A stretch of DNA of 64,000 nt from assembly GCA_013265495.1 (NCBI GenBank), contig MU058650.1, positions 275,394 through 339,393 of the forward strand. Direction: 5' to 3'. The notes beneath the pieces were generated by a model. It was given only the letters and a program-made list of their open reading frames with translations. It ran no database searches and had not been told where the DNA came from. Every line of letters starts with the position of its first letter. Position 1 is the stretch's first letter. The position numbers and the translations under genes are program-made. This stretch comes from Vicugna vicugna (lineage: Eukaryota). Below, piece after piece: positions 10,953 to 22,250 of the stretch.

Positions 10953-13503
10953 ATCAGATCTTTATCCACAGACAGATTTCTGAGCTTTAGAAACTAACCT
11001 AGAGATCTTTTAGTAATTTAATTAAACATTGTAACGTGTAACGTAACAGCATGGAATGGTCTGAGAAGTGAGTTTAGTAATTAATTAATCAATTTGCAAA
11101 ACTAGAATTTAATATCCACTGAAACAGTCTTTTTCTTTAGAATTACCCTCATTTTTAATCAAATATAGCCAAATCAAGATTAATTTATCTGTAAAGCAAG
11201 TCTGATTAATTGATCATATAGACATTTTTAAATTGGCTGTTAGAATGTCTCAGATTGAGTCTCAGAATGAATTCCCCAAAGGCCTCTCTCCAGGTCAGGA
11301 AAGCCATGCTTTATAGATTTAGGTGAATTTTAAAACTGTGGGGAACCTAAAAGTTTTCAGTGTCTGGAGGGGTCAGATAGAGAGAAAAGATAAATGTTTT
11401 AATTTTGTTTTTGAAAGTATAGTTTACCAAGTTGCTGTAAGTCATAATTAGCTTGAGAAGGGTTTTTCTTAATATCTGGAAAACATAGATTAAAAGCCAG
11501 TAATATTTTAGACAAAACCAAAATTATATTATTTATTAGTTTACTCAGTCCCATGTAACTAATCAGCTTTATGTAAGCAGAGTTTTTATTAGACTCTTCA
11601 ATTGTTTACCTAGTATAGCAGTATGATTTAAAAGTTATGAGAAACTTGTATTTGTCAAAAGTCCTTTCTTATAAGTCTTTCTAAAAAGAAAGCATTTTTA
11701 AAGGCATCAGAGTAAACCATAACAGTTTTTGAATGACAGAAGACATAAGAAGCATGGTTAAACACCGGCCATTCTACAATCAACAAAGAAACCTGGTCAC
11801 ACCAACCAGAACCACACTGGCAACATTTTGGACACATCAGGCTCCCAGAAATTCCACACAATCCCAAGGCTACCCATATGAACAATAATATCCTTCTCCG
11901 TGCAACACAACCCAAGAAGACTCACTGCTCAGTTGGCAATACTTCCCACGCAATCCAGCACATCAGATGCACACCACCAGCTTAACACCTCTCCTTGGGG
12001 TGCCTCAGGGGCCTTCTGAAGCATTTCAAACCAGAGAGCGGTCAAAAGTAATGCAATTAAAATTTGATATTTAGGAAGCCTGTATTATGTTTGTTTAACA
12101 TTGATGACTCTAAAGGCACGTTTATATTAATCAAATTAGCAAACTTTAACTTTAATTCCAGCTATAAATCCAATACTGAACATTTCCCAGTTCACATGAA
12201 CCTGAAAGTTACTTTGTTTAGCTTTTTTAGAGAAATATTTAGTTTGTAAGCTCTTGCTTTGAAGTCAGTTACGTAGAGCTCTTTTAATAAATTTAATTTT
12301 GATAACATTTTTAAAGGTAGAGATATCTCAAATGTATAATGTGTACACATACACACATTTAGACACAGAGACCTTATAGTTTTCCTGCTTGAGTTTTTAA
12401 AATGCTCCATTAATACTTTTTCTTTGTTTGTTTGTGTCTTTGTTAATTAACCCAAGGCTGAAGTCTCCTGCATTTGTATTTCAAAGACATGATAAAGGTT
12501 AATATTTAGCTTTTTTTACCCCCCCAGGAATTTCTTGTTCTCTCAGGGTCAGGATTTTTTAAAAGTATTAAATTAGTTTTTTTTTTTTTCTTAACCAATT
12601 TTTGGAGTCTAGAGAATACTGTGGCCAAACAATGTTATAATACTTTACTTACTATCTTTTGTTAGTAGGCTCATAATTAAGATCTCTCCAGTTAGAACTT
12701 GCCCAAGGGGGCTCCATGGGGGATCTGAACAAGAATCTCCTATTTCCCAAGAGAGAATGATAATTACAAATCGTGAGACAGAAAATAAAGTTCAAAATAC
12801 AAACATGCACATCCCTCACAGACTGACCAATATGAACACTAAGTTTTGAGAGACAGCCATAAAGGCAGAGTTCCATTAAAGGGCCAAGCTTCTCGATCTG
12901 GGAGTTGGTATTGTGGCAGGCAGTGTTACAGAAAAAAATAAAGCACTGTCTCTTTAAGGCGTGGGAATCGAACTTATCCCAGTTTTTTAGTGCAACCTAA
13001 GGGTGGCTCCCCAGGGGGAGGAAAAGAGGAAGAAAGTGCCTTTTGGGTCAGTTACACACAATCTATGAAGGGGAAAAGCATGGCCTACTGGGGGAGCGAT
13101 CAGAAAATGTCCACGAAGGGACAGTCAGACTCTACTCCGGGGCTGTCCTCGGAAAGAGAAAGACCGGAATCCGAGCATTTCCTTACTCAGGGTGTCCCCA
13201 GAGAAAGGGGATGGTCCCAGCACAAGGGTTGAAAAGGCAGCACAAGGGGCCAAGAGGCAAAGCACAGAAAGAGGGGACTCAGGGAACTTACTCGAAAAGG
13301 GGGGACACAGACCAAATGGCAGGAATAGGGCAGAGAGGAGGGGCAGAGGCCCAATGCATGGAGCCACACACCATGTGAGCACCAGGGGTCCCTGGGCAGA
13401 GAAGGAAAAGTAGGCTGATAAGGGGTCACACTTCTTGGGGTGATGAGTGGCCTGGAGACCCACAAAGAAAGGTGAGAAAAGGCAGGGTTTTCCAGGGTCA
13501 GAA

Positions 13504-13924
13504 TGTAACCTTTTGCTCATTATGCCCTCGCTTCAATAAAATTAGCCTTGCCCATCAGAAGTGCCCATCAGAAGTACCCATCATGCACCGATGCCATGAC
13601 ACTTCTGACCCAGACTAAATAAGGACAAAAATCCCTCCTCCCTTTAGGAAGGTGGAGTTGGGATGATAATCAGGGAAAATGACCCCAAACCCTTCCCTCC
13701 CCAGTGAATACTCCACCCATTCATTTTCACACCCAGTGTAACTAACTTACAAAGAAAAACACAGGGCAGCCGCTCATCTGAGCCTGCCCGCTCTCCCCTT
13801 GAGAGTGTGCTATCCATCCTTTATTAAAGTCTCACTTTACTTTTTTTAACCACTACATCTTGTCTCTGAAGTCTTTCTGGGATGGGACAAGAGCCTGGAA
13901 CACTGGTTACATCCACTGGCAACA
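13504..13924 (+). mobile_element. Second-family LTR inserted antisense into the provirus leader (boundaries uncertain; may start near 13374)
   Basis: TGTAACC (13504)...GGTTACA (13911) inverted ends, ATTAAA at ~13823, typical U5 text; no clean TSD found. Confidence 0.65.
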
Positions 13925-14303
13925 GCCCTACTTGCTCCACTTGGAGCTCCAGGGTGGTGGTCAGGGCTTGCTCAGTGCAACACCACTGGTGGCAGGCTCG
14001 CAGGCCCCGCTGCTGTGGCACAGTTGGCACGGGGTGGGGGAGCAGGGGCAACTGTGCGCTCAGCTTAGGTTGGGGGAGTCCACATTATGGCCTCGGTATC
14101 CTCACTGGGGCATGGGGTCCCAGCTTAGCTACTTGTTGCCCACCTGGCCCAGGGGCAAGATACACTTACTGCAGCCTTGCATCCTCAAGGCAGCCAGCTG
14201 CAAGCTGAGGCAGATTACCAGCCTCAGGGACGGAGAGGGAGACAGGGAGGAGAGACTAGGTTAGAGTATGAAAAAGCAAGCTAAGAGAGATAATGGGGAC
14301 CAG

Positions 14304-14321
14304 ATCCAAGTCACAGCACCA
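14304..14321 (-). promoter_or_regulatory. Primer binding site for tRNA-His
   Basis: TGGTGCTGTGACTTGGAT versus canonical TGGTGCCGTGACTCGGAT (16/18; both changes are CpG to TpG); starts 5 nt from the LTR end. Confidence 0.9.
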
Positions 14322-14326
14322 AAACA

Positions 14327-14884
14327 TGTTACCCCAAAAGGTAAAGACCCCAGTTCTTGTCATACCCAAAGACAAGTTTACAGTCCAGAGACGTTACAGT
14401 CCTGCATTGCGTAGTGAAAGATTTTTAAAATTTTGTTTAAAAAAGGAGAAGTACACCTCCAGGAACGGAAGGCGGGCGGGTTCAAGAGAGGAAAAGCTCC
14501 AGGTTTTGTCTCCTCTTTCTCTTACATCCTCGCTTAGAGGTGGGCTTTTGATTGATGGATGGCTCTTGTCCCTGGAGTGCTTAGTCCCTCTGGCCCCTTT
14601 GTGCCTGTCCTTACTCATGGTGAATACAAAAAACCCATTGTGGGGGAGAGGGGTCCTAAACCTCAATGTTCATTATGGTACAACGAACACTGGATCATGT
14701 CCAGTCACGTTCTTTCTGCTGCCGCACAGTCATGGCTGTTGGATTCTAACTGGCTTCTTGCTGGTGCTCATTTAGAAGAAATGAAGTCTTTTTATACTGG
14801 AGATGGCATGACATCATCTTCTGGACCATCCTCCCTCTCCTTCACATATCTGCCAGGTGCCCCCACTTATCTAACCACCTAACA
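14327..14884 (-). mobile_element. 5' LTR of the provirus
   Basis: TGTTA...TAACA termini, adjacent PBS, colinear with 3489-4033. Confidence 0.92.
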
Positions 14885-17040
14885 TTTTCAATCCCCTTTT
14901 TTCTTTATTCCCCTGCCAGGACCCCTATTATATGTAGATTGACATGCTTTATATCATCTTCTAGATCCATTATATTGTTTTCATTTGCTTTTCTGTCTGC
15001 TGTTCTGATCGGGTGGTTTTCATCATCCTATCTTTAAAGCACTTGCTTGTTCTGCATTTTTCAGTCTGCTACTGGCTGCCTTTAGATCAGCTGTTACATC
15101 AGCAATTGAGTTTTCTGATTTTAATTTGCTCCTCTTTATATTTTTGATTCCTTTTTATAGTAGTCTGCATTTCTCTCAATAATCTCTCTTGTTGTCTTCA
15201 GTGCTTTTATCACCTCCTTTTTGAAGTCAGGATCTGGTAGTCTGTCAAGGTCTGTTTCACTGCCAAGGTCTGTTTCATTGTTTGCACTTTCAGGGGACTT
15301 CTCTCATTCATTTAATTGGGAGTGGTTCCTCAGTTTATTTATTTCACTTATATTTCTCTGATTTTATGAATTTAAAAGCAATAGTTATCTACTCTGGTCT
15401 TGAAGGACTGTTTTAATGTGGGAGGGTCCTCATGAAGACTTGGGTATCTAATATTTTTCTTGTGAGGGCTTTTATTTTTTTATTTTATTTTTGACAGGGA
15501 GAGAGAGGTAATTCAATTTATTTCCTTCCTTATTTATTTTTAGAGGAGGGACTGGGGATTGAGCCCAGGACCTTGTGCATGCTAAGTATGCGCTCTACCA
15601 TTTGAGCTGTACGCTCCCCACTCATGATGGCTGTTTTCAGTATGGATGGTTGCCACGTCTTCCTCCACGTGTGCTGGCTGTTTTCCCCTTGACTGGGAAC
15701 GTGATTCATCTTGAGCTGACTGGAGTCTGCCCTGGTTGTTGGAATAGGGGCTTCCAGACCCATCTGAGCTGAGCTGAGCTTTGCGGTAGGTGGGACTGGA
15801 GTGTTTCCACTGGAAGAGGAGCCACTGAGCATTCCTCCTGAGGAGATGCCCACTGGGAGGTGCCCTCTGGTGTCATCTGGCACTCACTGTGCAGATTCAC
15901 AAAGTGAACTTTGTTCATGCTGTTCTCGTCCTCACCTCAGCTGTAGGAATGTCAGCAACATGCCCGGGTGTCCCCAGGTTCTGTGCCCACAGGGCCACCA
16001 GTTCTGATCCGCTGATGCTGAGCACGATGACCTGCTGTAGTATGCGTGAAATCACATACTTGGATTGACCGTGAGCCACAGTGTCAACCCAGACCCCAGC
16101 CTCACCCCCACATTTGCAGGGCCGCTGTTAACAGCAGACCCACCCCCTCCACACTCCAGAACTCTACTTGGTGATCACAGATGTGCTGGTACACAGAGGC
16201 TCCAGTAGAGCAAATCCACCATACCCACCTGGGGCTTGACTCAACCTCAGTTTCATCTGAAAAGTTACATGACATTTGTGAGTAGATTCAGATTTCAGGC
16301 CCATCCCCACCCAGGAGTTGCCCTCCAGAGCAAGCTGAGAGCACTATTATGTATGGACTCCACCCTTCTGCTCATGAGCCCACAGCAACAGCAATTATGC
16401 TGAGCAATGCCCTCAGCTAGTGGAGATGGTTGCTGTGGCTGGGCTGCACTGCACCCCTCCTGTGTGCACTAGCAGAGCAGATTTTTTATGGTGAACCCAG
16501 GTTGTTCTGCACACTCTCCCAGTCTCAGCCTGCACCACACTCCAGCCCCCTAAGGCTGCCTGTATGCATTCGGCCCCAGTCCTCTCCTTAGGTGCACCTC
16601 CAGCACTCAGTCCTGGCCAGCACCCAATCCTGGCCCGCACTTGCCAGCTCTCATCTCAAGCTAAGGACTGCATGGGCCCTCTGCTCTGGTTTCTCTCTAT
16701 TTTGCCAAATATCTGATGCTTTCTTCTCCAAGCCTCTGAAGATCACCTTATGTCCCCCCTGGCCTCCCTGCTGGAGAGGGGTCTTCCTAGGGTGAGAACA
16801 ATGTTCCTCCTCTTCTGCTCCCTCCTGGGGAACAAGTCCCTCCCTACTTGCTTTTCCTTTTCTTTTATCTCACACCCAGTTTTGTGAGGATTTCCCTGTA
16901 GTTCCAATTGTAAGAGCTATTCTGGCAAAGTTCAGCTGGTATTCTGTGAGAACTGTTCCATGTGTAGATGTAGTTTTTGATGTATTTATGGGAGAGGGTG
17001 ATCTCTGTGTCTTTCTCCTCTGTTATCTTGAAGCCCCACC
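14885..17040 (-). mobile_element. L1 5'UTR and start of ORF1
   Basis: Begins ggggcttcaagataacagagg on minus, GC-rich 5'UTR, then ORF1-like text that is cut at the LTR. Confidence 0.7.
15470..15619 (-). mobile_element. tRNA-Ala-derived SINE (camelid vic-1 type)
   Basis: ggggagcgtacagctcaaatggtagagcgcatacttagcatgcacaaggtcctgggctcaatccccag plus A-rich tail. Confidence 0.88.
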
Positions 17041-17049
17041 AAATATGGT

Positions 17050-17167
17050 CTTAATAACACTTTGATTTCAAAATTCTTGCCATCATAACTGTGAGAGACT
17101 AAATTTCTGTTGTGTTAAGTCACTAAATTTATTGTAATTTTTTCAGCAGCCACAGGAAACTAATACA
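17050..17167 (+). mobile_element. MLT1 (MaLR) LTR 3' fragment
   Basis: aactgtgagagactaaatttctgttgtgttaagtcac...gcagccacaggaaactaataCA. Confidence 0.8.
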
Positions 17168-17218
17168 GCATGTTAAAAAAAAAACAAGAAAAACTCTGAA
17201 GTAAAAAAATAAGCATCA

Positions 17219-18232
17219 CAACTGACAAAGGTTTAATTTCCAGATTATATAAACAGCTCATACAACTTCAACAACAACAACAATCCAAAAATGGGCAAAA
17301 GACCTAAACCAGCAATTCTCCAGTGAAGACATGCAAACGGTTAATAGACACATGAATAAATGCTCAGTATCGCTAATTATCAGAGAAATGCAAATCAAAA
17401 CTGATTTGAAATATCACCTCACGACCCTGAGAATGGCCATAATTAAAAAGTCCACAAATGATAAATGCTGGAGAGGATGTGGAGAAGAGGGAACCCTCTT
17501 ACACTGCTGGTGGGAATGTAGTTTGGCAAAGCTATTATAGAAAACAGTATGGACATTCCTCAAAAGACTACATATAGACTTACCATATGATCCAGCAATC
17601 CCACTCCTGGGCATATACCTGGAGGGAACTCTAAATCGAAAAGATACATGCACCCCAATGTTCATAGCAGCACCATTTACAATAGCCAAGACATGGAAGC
17701 AACCTAAATGTCCATTGACAGATGACTGGATCAAGAAGCTGTGATATATTCATACAATGGAATACTACTCAGCCATAGAAAAGAATAAAATAATGCCATT
17801 TGCAGCAACATGGATGGACCTGAAGACCATCATTCTAAGTGAAGTAAGCCAGAAAGGGAAAGAAAAATACTATATTATATCATTCATATGTGGAATCTAA
17901 AAAAGAAAAAGAGGACACTAATGAACTTATCTACAAAACAGAAACAGACTTGCAGACATAGTAAACAATCTTATAGTTACCTGGGGAAAGGGAGTGGGAA
18001 GGGATAAACATCAGAGTTTGAGATTTGCAAATGTTAACACTATATATAAAAATAGATCAAAAAAACAAATTTCTGTATAGCACAGGGAACTATATTCAAT
18101 ATCTTATAATAACCTTTAATGAAAAAGAATATGAAAATGAATATATGTATATATATGCATGACTGAGACATTGTGCTCTACACCAGAAATCAACACATTG
18201 TAACTGACTATATACTTCAATTTTTTAAAAAA
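17219..18232 (+). mobile_element. 5'-truncated lineage-specific L1
   Basis: ORF2 C-terminal remnant ([18 protein letters not shown]) and 3'UTR; TSD AAGCATCA at 17211-17218 and 18233-18240. Confidence 0.95.
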
Positions 18233-18240
18233 AAGCATCA

Positions 18241-19310
18241 GAACCAGGATCAGATATGATACAGTCTTTGAAATTGTCATATAGGGAATAATTATAACTA
18301 TGGTCAGTATGCTAAGGTATCTAATGGAAAAAGTAGACAACATGCAAAAATGGTTGGGCAATGTAAGCAGAGATAAATTCTAAGAAAAAAGCATATTAGA
18401 ATGTTAGAAATTGAAATTATTGTAAGAAAATAAAGAATGCTTTTAATGGGCACATCAGTAGATTTGGACATAAGGAAAGATTCAGTAGGGCTGAGGATCT
18501 GTCAATAGACATTCCCTAACTAAAACTCAAAAAGAAAAGAGTAAAAAAAATTCAAGAACTGTGGGAAAATTTCAAAATAGAACACCAGAATGAAAGAAAA
18601 AAGAAAAAAACAGGAGAAATAATTGAATTAACAATGGATAAGAATTTTCCAGAATTAGGAAGACTGAAAAGACACCCTACCCTTAGAGCAGGGATAAAAA
18701 TTTCACTGGACTTTGGAAATTTGGAAATCATGCCAGCAAGAAGAAAATGGAGTGAAATATTTAAAGTGATAAATGAAAAAAGTATTTCACCAATTCTATA
18801 TCTAGTGAAACTGTCCTTCAAAAGTGGAGGAGATATAAAGGTTTTCTCAGGAAAAAAAAAAAAGTTAAAGAAATTAATTGACAAAAGATCTATCCTACAA
18901 AAAAAATTAAAAGAAATTCTTCAGGCAGAAGGAAAATATAAAGACCTGACATTGAAATCTACATAAAGAAAAAAAGACCATTGGAAAAGGAATAATTGGA
19001 AAAGGAAAAGGAATAATTAATTGGAAAGGAAAAGGAATAATTGGAAAAGGAATTGGAAAAAGAATAATCTAATAGATAACTCTTTGTTCAAAGTAATAGT
19101 TAACAATGAATTGGGTGACTATTGTATACAGATTAATGAATGTAAGCAATGCTAGAAGGGATGAGAGGATGAGATTGGGAATACTCTTATAAGGTATCTG
19201 CCCTACCTGTGAAATAGTAGAGTGTTATATAAAAGTTGATGTTTATTAATTACGAATATATATTGTAAATGCTAGTATAACTAAGAAAAATATTAAGGAA
19301 ATCATTATGT
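18241..19310 (+). mobile_element. Old L1MC-type ORF1 region
   Basis: Degenerate ORF1 (MPARRKWSEIFKVINEK..PILYLVKLSFKSGGDIKVF). Confidence 0.75.
18980..19067 (+). repeat. Imperfect tandem repeat of ~15-bp unit ATTGGAAAAGGAATA
   Basis: About five degenerate copies visible. Confidence 0.75.
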
Positions 19311-19499
19311 TTATAAAAAAGTAAACCATGAAAGGAAATAAATATAAAAATTGGCCCTCTGGGAAAAGGAACAATCTTATACAGAAAATGAAAAAGAAAA
19401 AATATTCCAAAAGGGGGAAATTATCAGGGGAAAATTTTTAAACATGGAAAAAGACCCTTAATTTTATAAGAAACTACTAAACTCAAAACTATTAGTAAT

Positions 19500-20680
19500 T
19501 TATTTATCCAAATAGAAAACTAGGCATATACAGGGCAAGACTCCATGAGGCATGACTATGAAAAACTATCTGGGGTCTATAGAATAAATGGAAATTCTAG
19601 AGGTTTTAAAAGGGTTGGAAGACAATGGAGCCCCAATTATCCCACGTGGAGAAACCTTGGTGATAACAGGCATTTACTTGAAGCTACAGAAAGGCCAAAC
19701 CTTAGAAAGAGGGCTATTTTAGCCCTAGAGTAAAGTTCATTCTAAGAAATCCAAATATCAAGGCTGGAAAATATGTGGACTAGAAAGTAAAATGAACTAG
19801 ACTGTCAGGATAAAATACAACATTCTTTATAGAAAATTGAATTGACTTTCAACAGCAAGCATCTACAATGTCCAGCTTACAGTAGATAATTTTCAGGCAA
19901 AAACAAAAAGCAGTAAAATGTGAAGATGAAGATAATCAATAGAAACACTGTAGAGGTGATCATGACATTGATGTAGTAGACAAGGAGTGTTAAACTGCCC
20001 TCAAAACTATGTTCAAGGTTTAAAGAAAAAAAAGGTAGTTACCTTCCACAGAGGAATAAAAACTGTTAAAAAAAAGTGCTAAATATAAATTATAGAATTT
20101 CAAAATAAATTTGGGTGAGTTTGACCTGTACGAACTACTGGATAAAGAAAAATACTAAGTACAATTAGAAAAATAAACAAAGTCACATTGGAAAATACAA
20201 ATATAACTAACATACATGGACTTGGAGTTCCAAGAGGAAAAATGAGAGAATGTCTCAATTTTATGAAAAATATAAAGCCACAGACCAGTAAGAAAAATGA
20301 AGGCTAAGAGAGAATAATTCAAAGAAAAACTACAATAAAGCACATCATAGTTAAATTGTTAAAACCATGCCCCAACGAAACAAACAAACAAACAAAAAAC
20401 AATTCACTGCACCTGGGGACCGACATACGCGTATCACTGACTTCTCATTAAAGAATGATGCAAAGCAAGAAGACGTAACATGGCATCTTTAAAATGCTGA
20501 AATAAAAATAAAACCTGCGAACCTAGATTCATTATCCAGGAAAGATATTCTTTAAAAATAAAGGTAAGATAATCTAAAAAATAAAAAAACTCACATAAAT
20601 AATGCATTTCATTTACAAATTTATTTAAAAGATAATTGGCTACTTAAAGCAAAATAGGAACTACGTCTTGACAAGTTTAT
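19500..20680 (+). mobile_element. Ancient L1ME/HAL1-like fragments
   Basis: Degenerate ORF1-like text (acctagattcattatccaggaaagatattctttaaaaataaagg). Confidence 0.5.
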
Positions 20681-20699
20681 AACTAAAAGATTTCTAGAC

Positions 20700-21660
20700 C
20701 CCATTGCAATGTGTGTGTGTGTGTGTGTGTGTTTGTGTGTGTGTAGGGGTGAGGGTGTTTCCTACACCATCAAGCACCAGGTAGGTGTCTGAGAATTTAA
20801 CCCAATTCTGACACTATTTACCCAAACGTAGCATTAGATTCCACAGATTAAGGGCGCAGTTTCACAAGGCTGCCCACCACTTCAGATACCAGTCAAAAGC
20901 CTGCGCTTCTGACTGGCCAGATGAACACTGGGGATTCCCACAGCTGACTCCTTGGGGTGCCTAATTTGTTAGAGTGGCTCACAGAACTTGGAAAACATAC
21001 TTGGTCACACGATTACCAGTTTATTACAATGGTATTAAAGGGTACAAATCCTTTATCCAGACACTAATCCAGACATTAAAGGATACAGATCAACAGTCAG
21101 ACGATGAGTTCTACGGGGTGAGCCCTCCACAGAAAGCTTCTCTCCCCGTGGAGTTCGAGCCCAGCACAGAGGGCTCCTGGAAGCGTTCTGATTCCCCAAC
21201 CCGGAAGCTCTCTTGGGGTTTTATGGAGGCTCCTTAGGCATGATTGGCTTATTCACTGGTTATTGGTGATTAATTCAACCTCCATTCCCTCCACCCTCCC
21301 CAGAAATCAAAGGGTGGGACTGAAAGTATTCACAGTTGGCTCCCCTGGCAATCAGATCCCCACCTCAAGTACATTCCCAAAGTCATCGCATTAACATAAA
21401 CCCAGTTATGGTGGAAAGAGGCTTATTATGCATAGCACTAAGACACACACTTTCACCTTTATGGCTCTGAAGCATTTTTAGGAAGTGAGGACCAGACACC
21501 AGACATAAACTATGCTCCCATTGCTATTTTTGCTCAGGAAGTTCTAAGGGTTTTGGAAGCTATAAACCAGGAACTGTGGATGAAGATCAAATATCTATGA
21601 GAAATATACATTGGTCATCTGAATGATCAAATATATATTTCCTATAAACCACAATGTTAG
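20700..21660 (-). mobile_element. MER21-like LTR containing (TG)n at 20710-20744
   Basis: caattctgacactatttacc..gattccacagattaagggc..cacttcagat and aatatatatttcctataaaccaca motifs. Confidence 0.7.
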
Positions 21661-21761
21661 CATATATAAAAATAGAATGCATGATGACAAAAGCACAAAG
21701 GATGGATGAAAAGTAAGTAAAAATACGTTGTTATAAATCTCTTACATTTTGTGTGAAATGA

Positions 21762-22250
21762 TGTGGTAGGCAAGTTACACTCCCCAAAGATATTCATGTC
21801 CTGATCCTCAGAACCTGCAGATATTTTACCATATGTGACAAAAAGGATTTTTCTGGTGTCTTAAGGGCCTTAAGATAGAGAGATTACTCTGGTGGTACAA
21901 TCAGTTACATGAGCTCTTAAAACTGGAGAACTTTTTTGGCAGTTGTCAAAAAGAGGTCTGACCTTGAAAGAATCATCAGAGGAACACAATATTGCCGGCT
22001 CTGAAGATGGAGGAAGGTGACCATGAGCTAAAGAATTTGGGCAGCTTCTAAAAGTTGAAAAAGGCAAGGAAACGGATTCTTCTCTAGAGTTTTCAGAATT
22101 AAATACAGTTTTGCTGAAACCATGGTATTGGTTCAATTAGAGACCTGTGTCAGACTTCTAACCTACAGAACTGTAACATAATAAATCTGTGTTGTTTTAA
22201 GCCACTAAATTTGTTATAATTTGTCACAGCAGCCATAGAAAACAAATACA
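21762..22250 (+). mobile_element. MLT1C/D solo LTR
   Basis: TGtggtagg..ccccaaagatattcatgtcctgatcc...gcagccatagaaaacaaataCA. Confidence 0.88.

Larger units (their letters stand above)
7620..14884 (-). mobile_element. Decayed, 3'-truncated class I (gammaretrovirus-like) provirus with tRNA-His PBS
   Basis: 5' LTR 14884-14327, PBS 14321-14304, and IN, env, gag and RT remnants all on the minus strand; no 3' LTR. Confidence 0.85.

Noticed and set aside
14293..14882. Similar ORFs at 3717, 14293/14559 and 41662 as a small protein family
   Set aside because: The similarity comes from copies of one LTR family; reading frames are not conserved between copies.
3489..14884. A complete provirus bounded by the two similar LTRs
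   Set aside because: The left LTR has its own TSD on both sides, no PPT adjoins it, and ancient MLT2/L1M sequence lies between it and the RT fragment.
17219..18232. Three young L1s truncated at similar ORF2 positions (~1.0-1.1 kb long)
   Set aside because: Breakpoints differ, and about 1 kb is a typical length for 5'-truncated L1s.
18980..19067. CRISPR-like or functional repeat array
   Set aside because: No unique spacers; a slippage-type expansion inside an old L1 in mammalian DNA.
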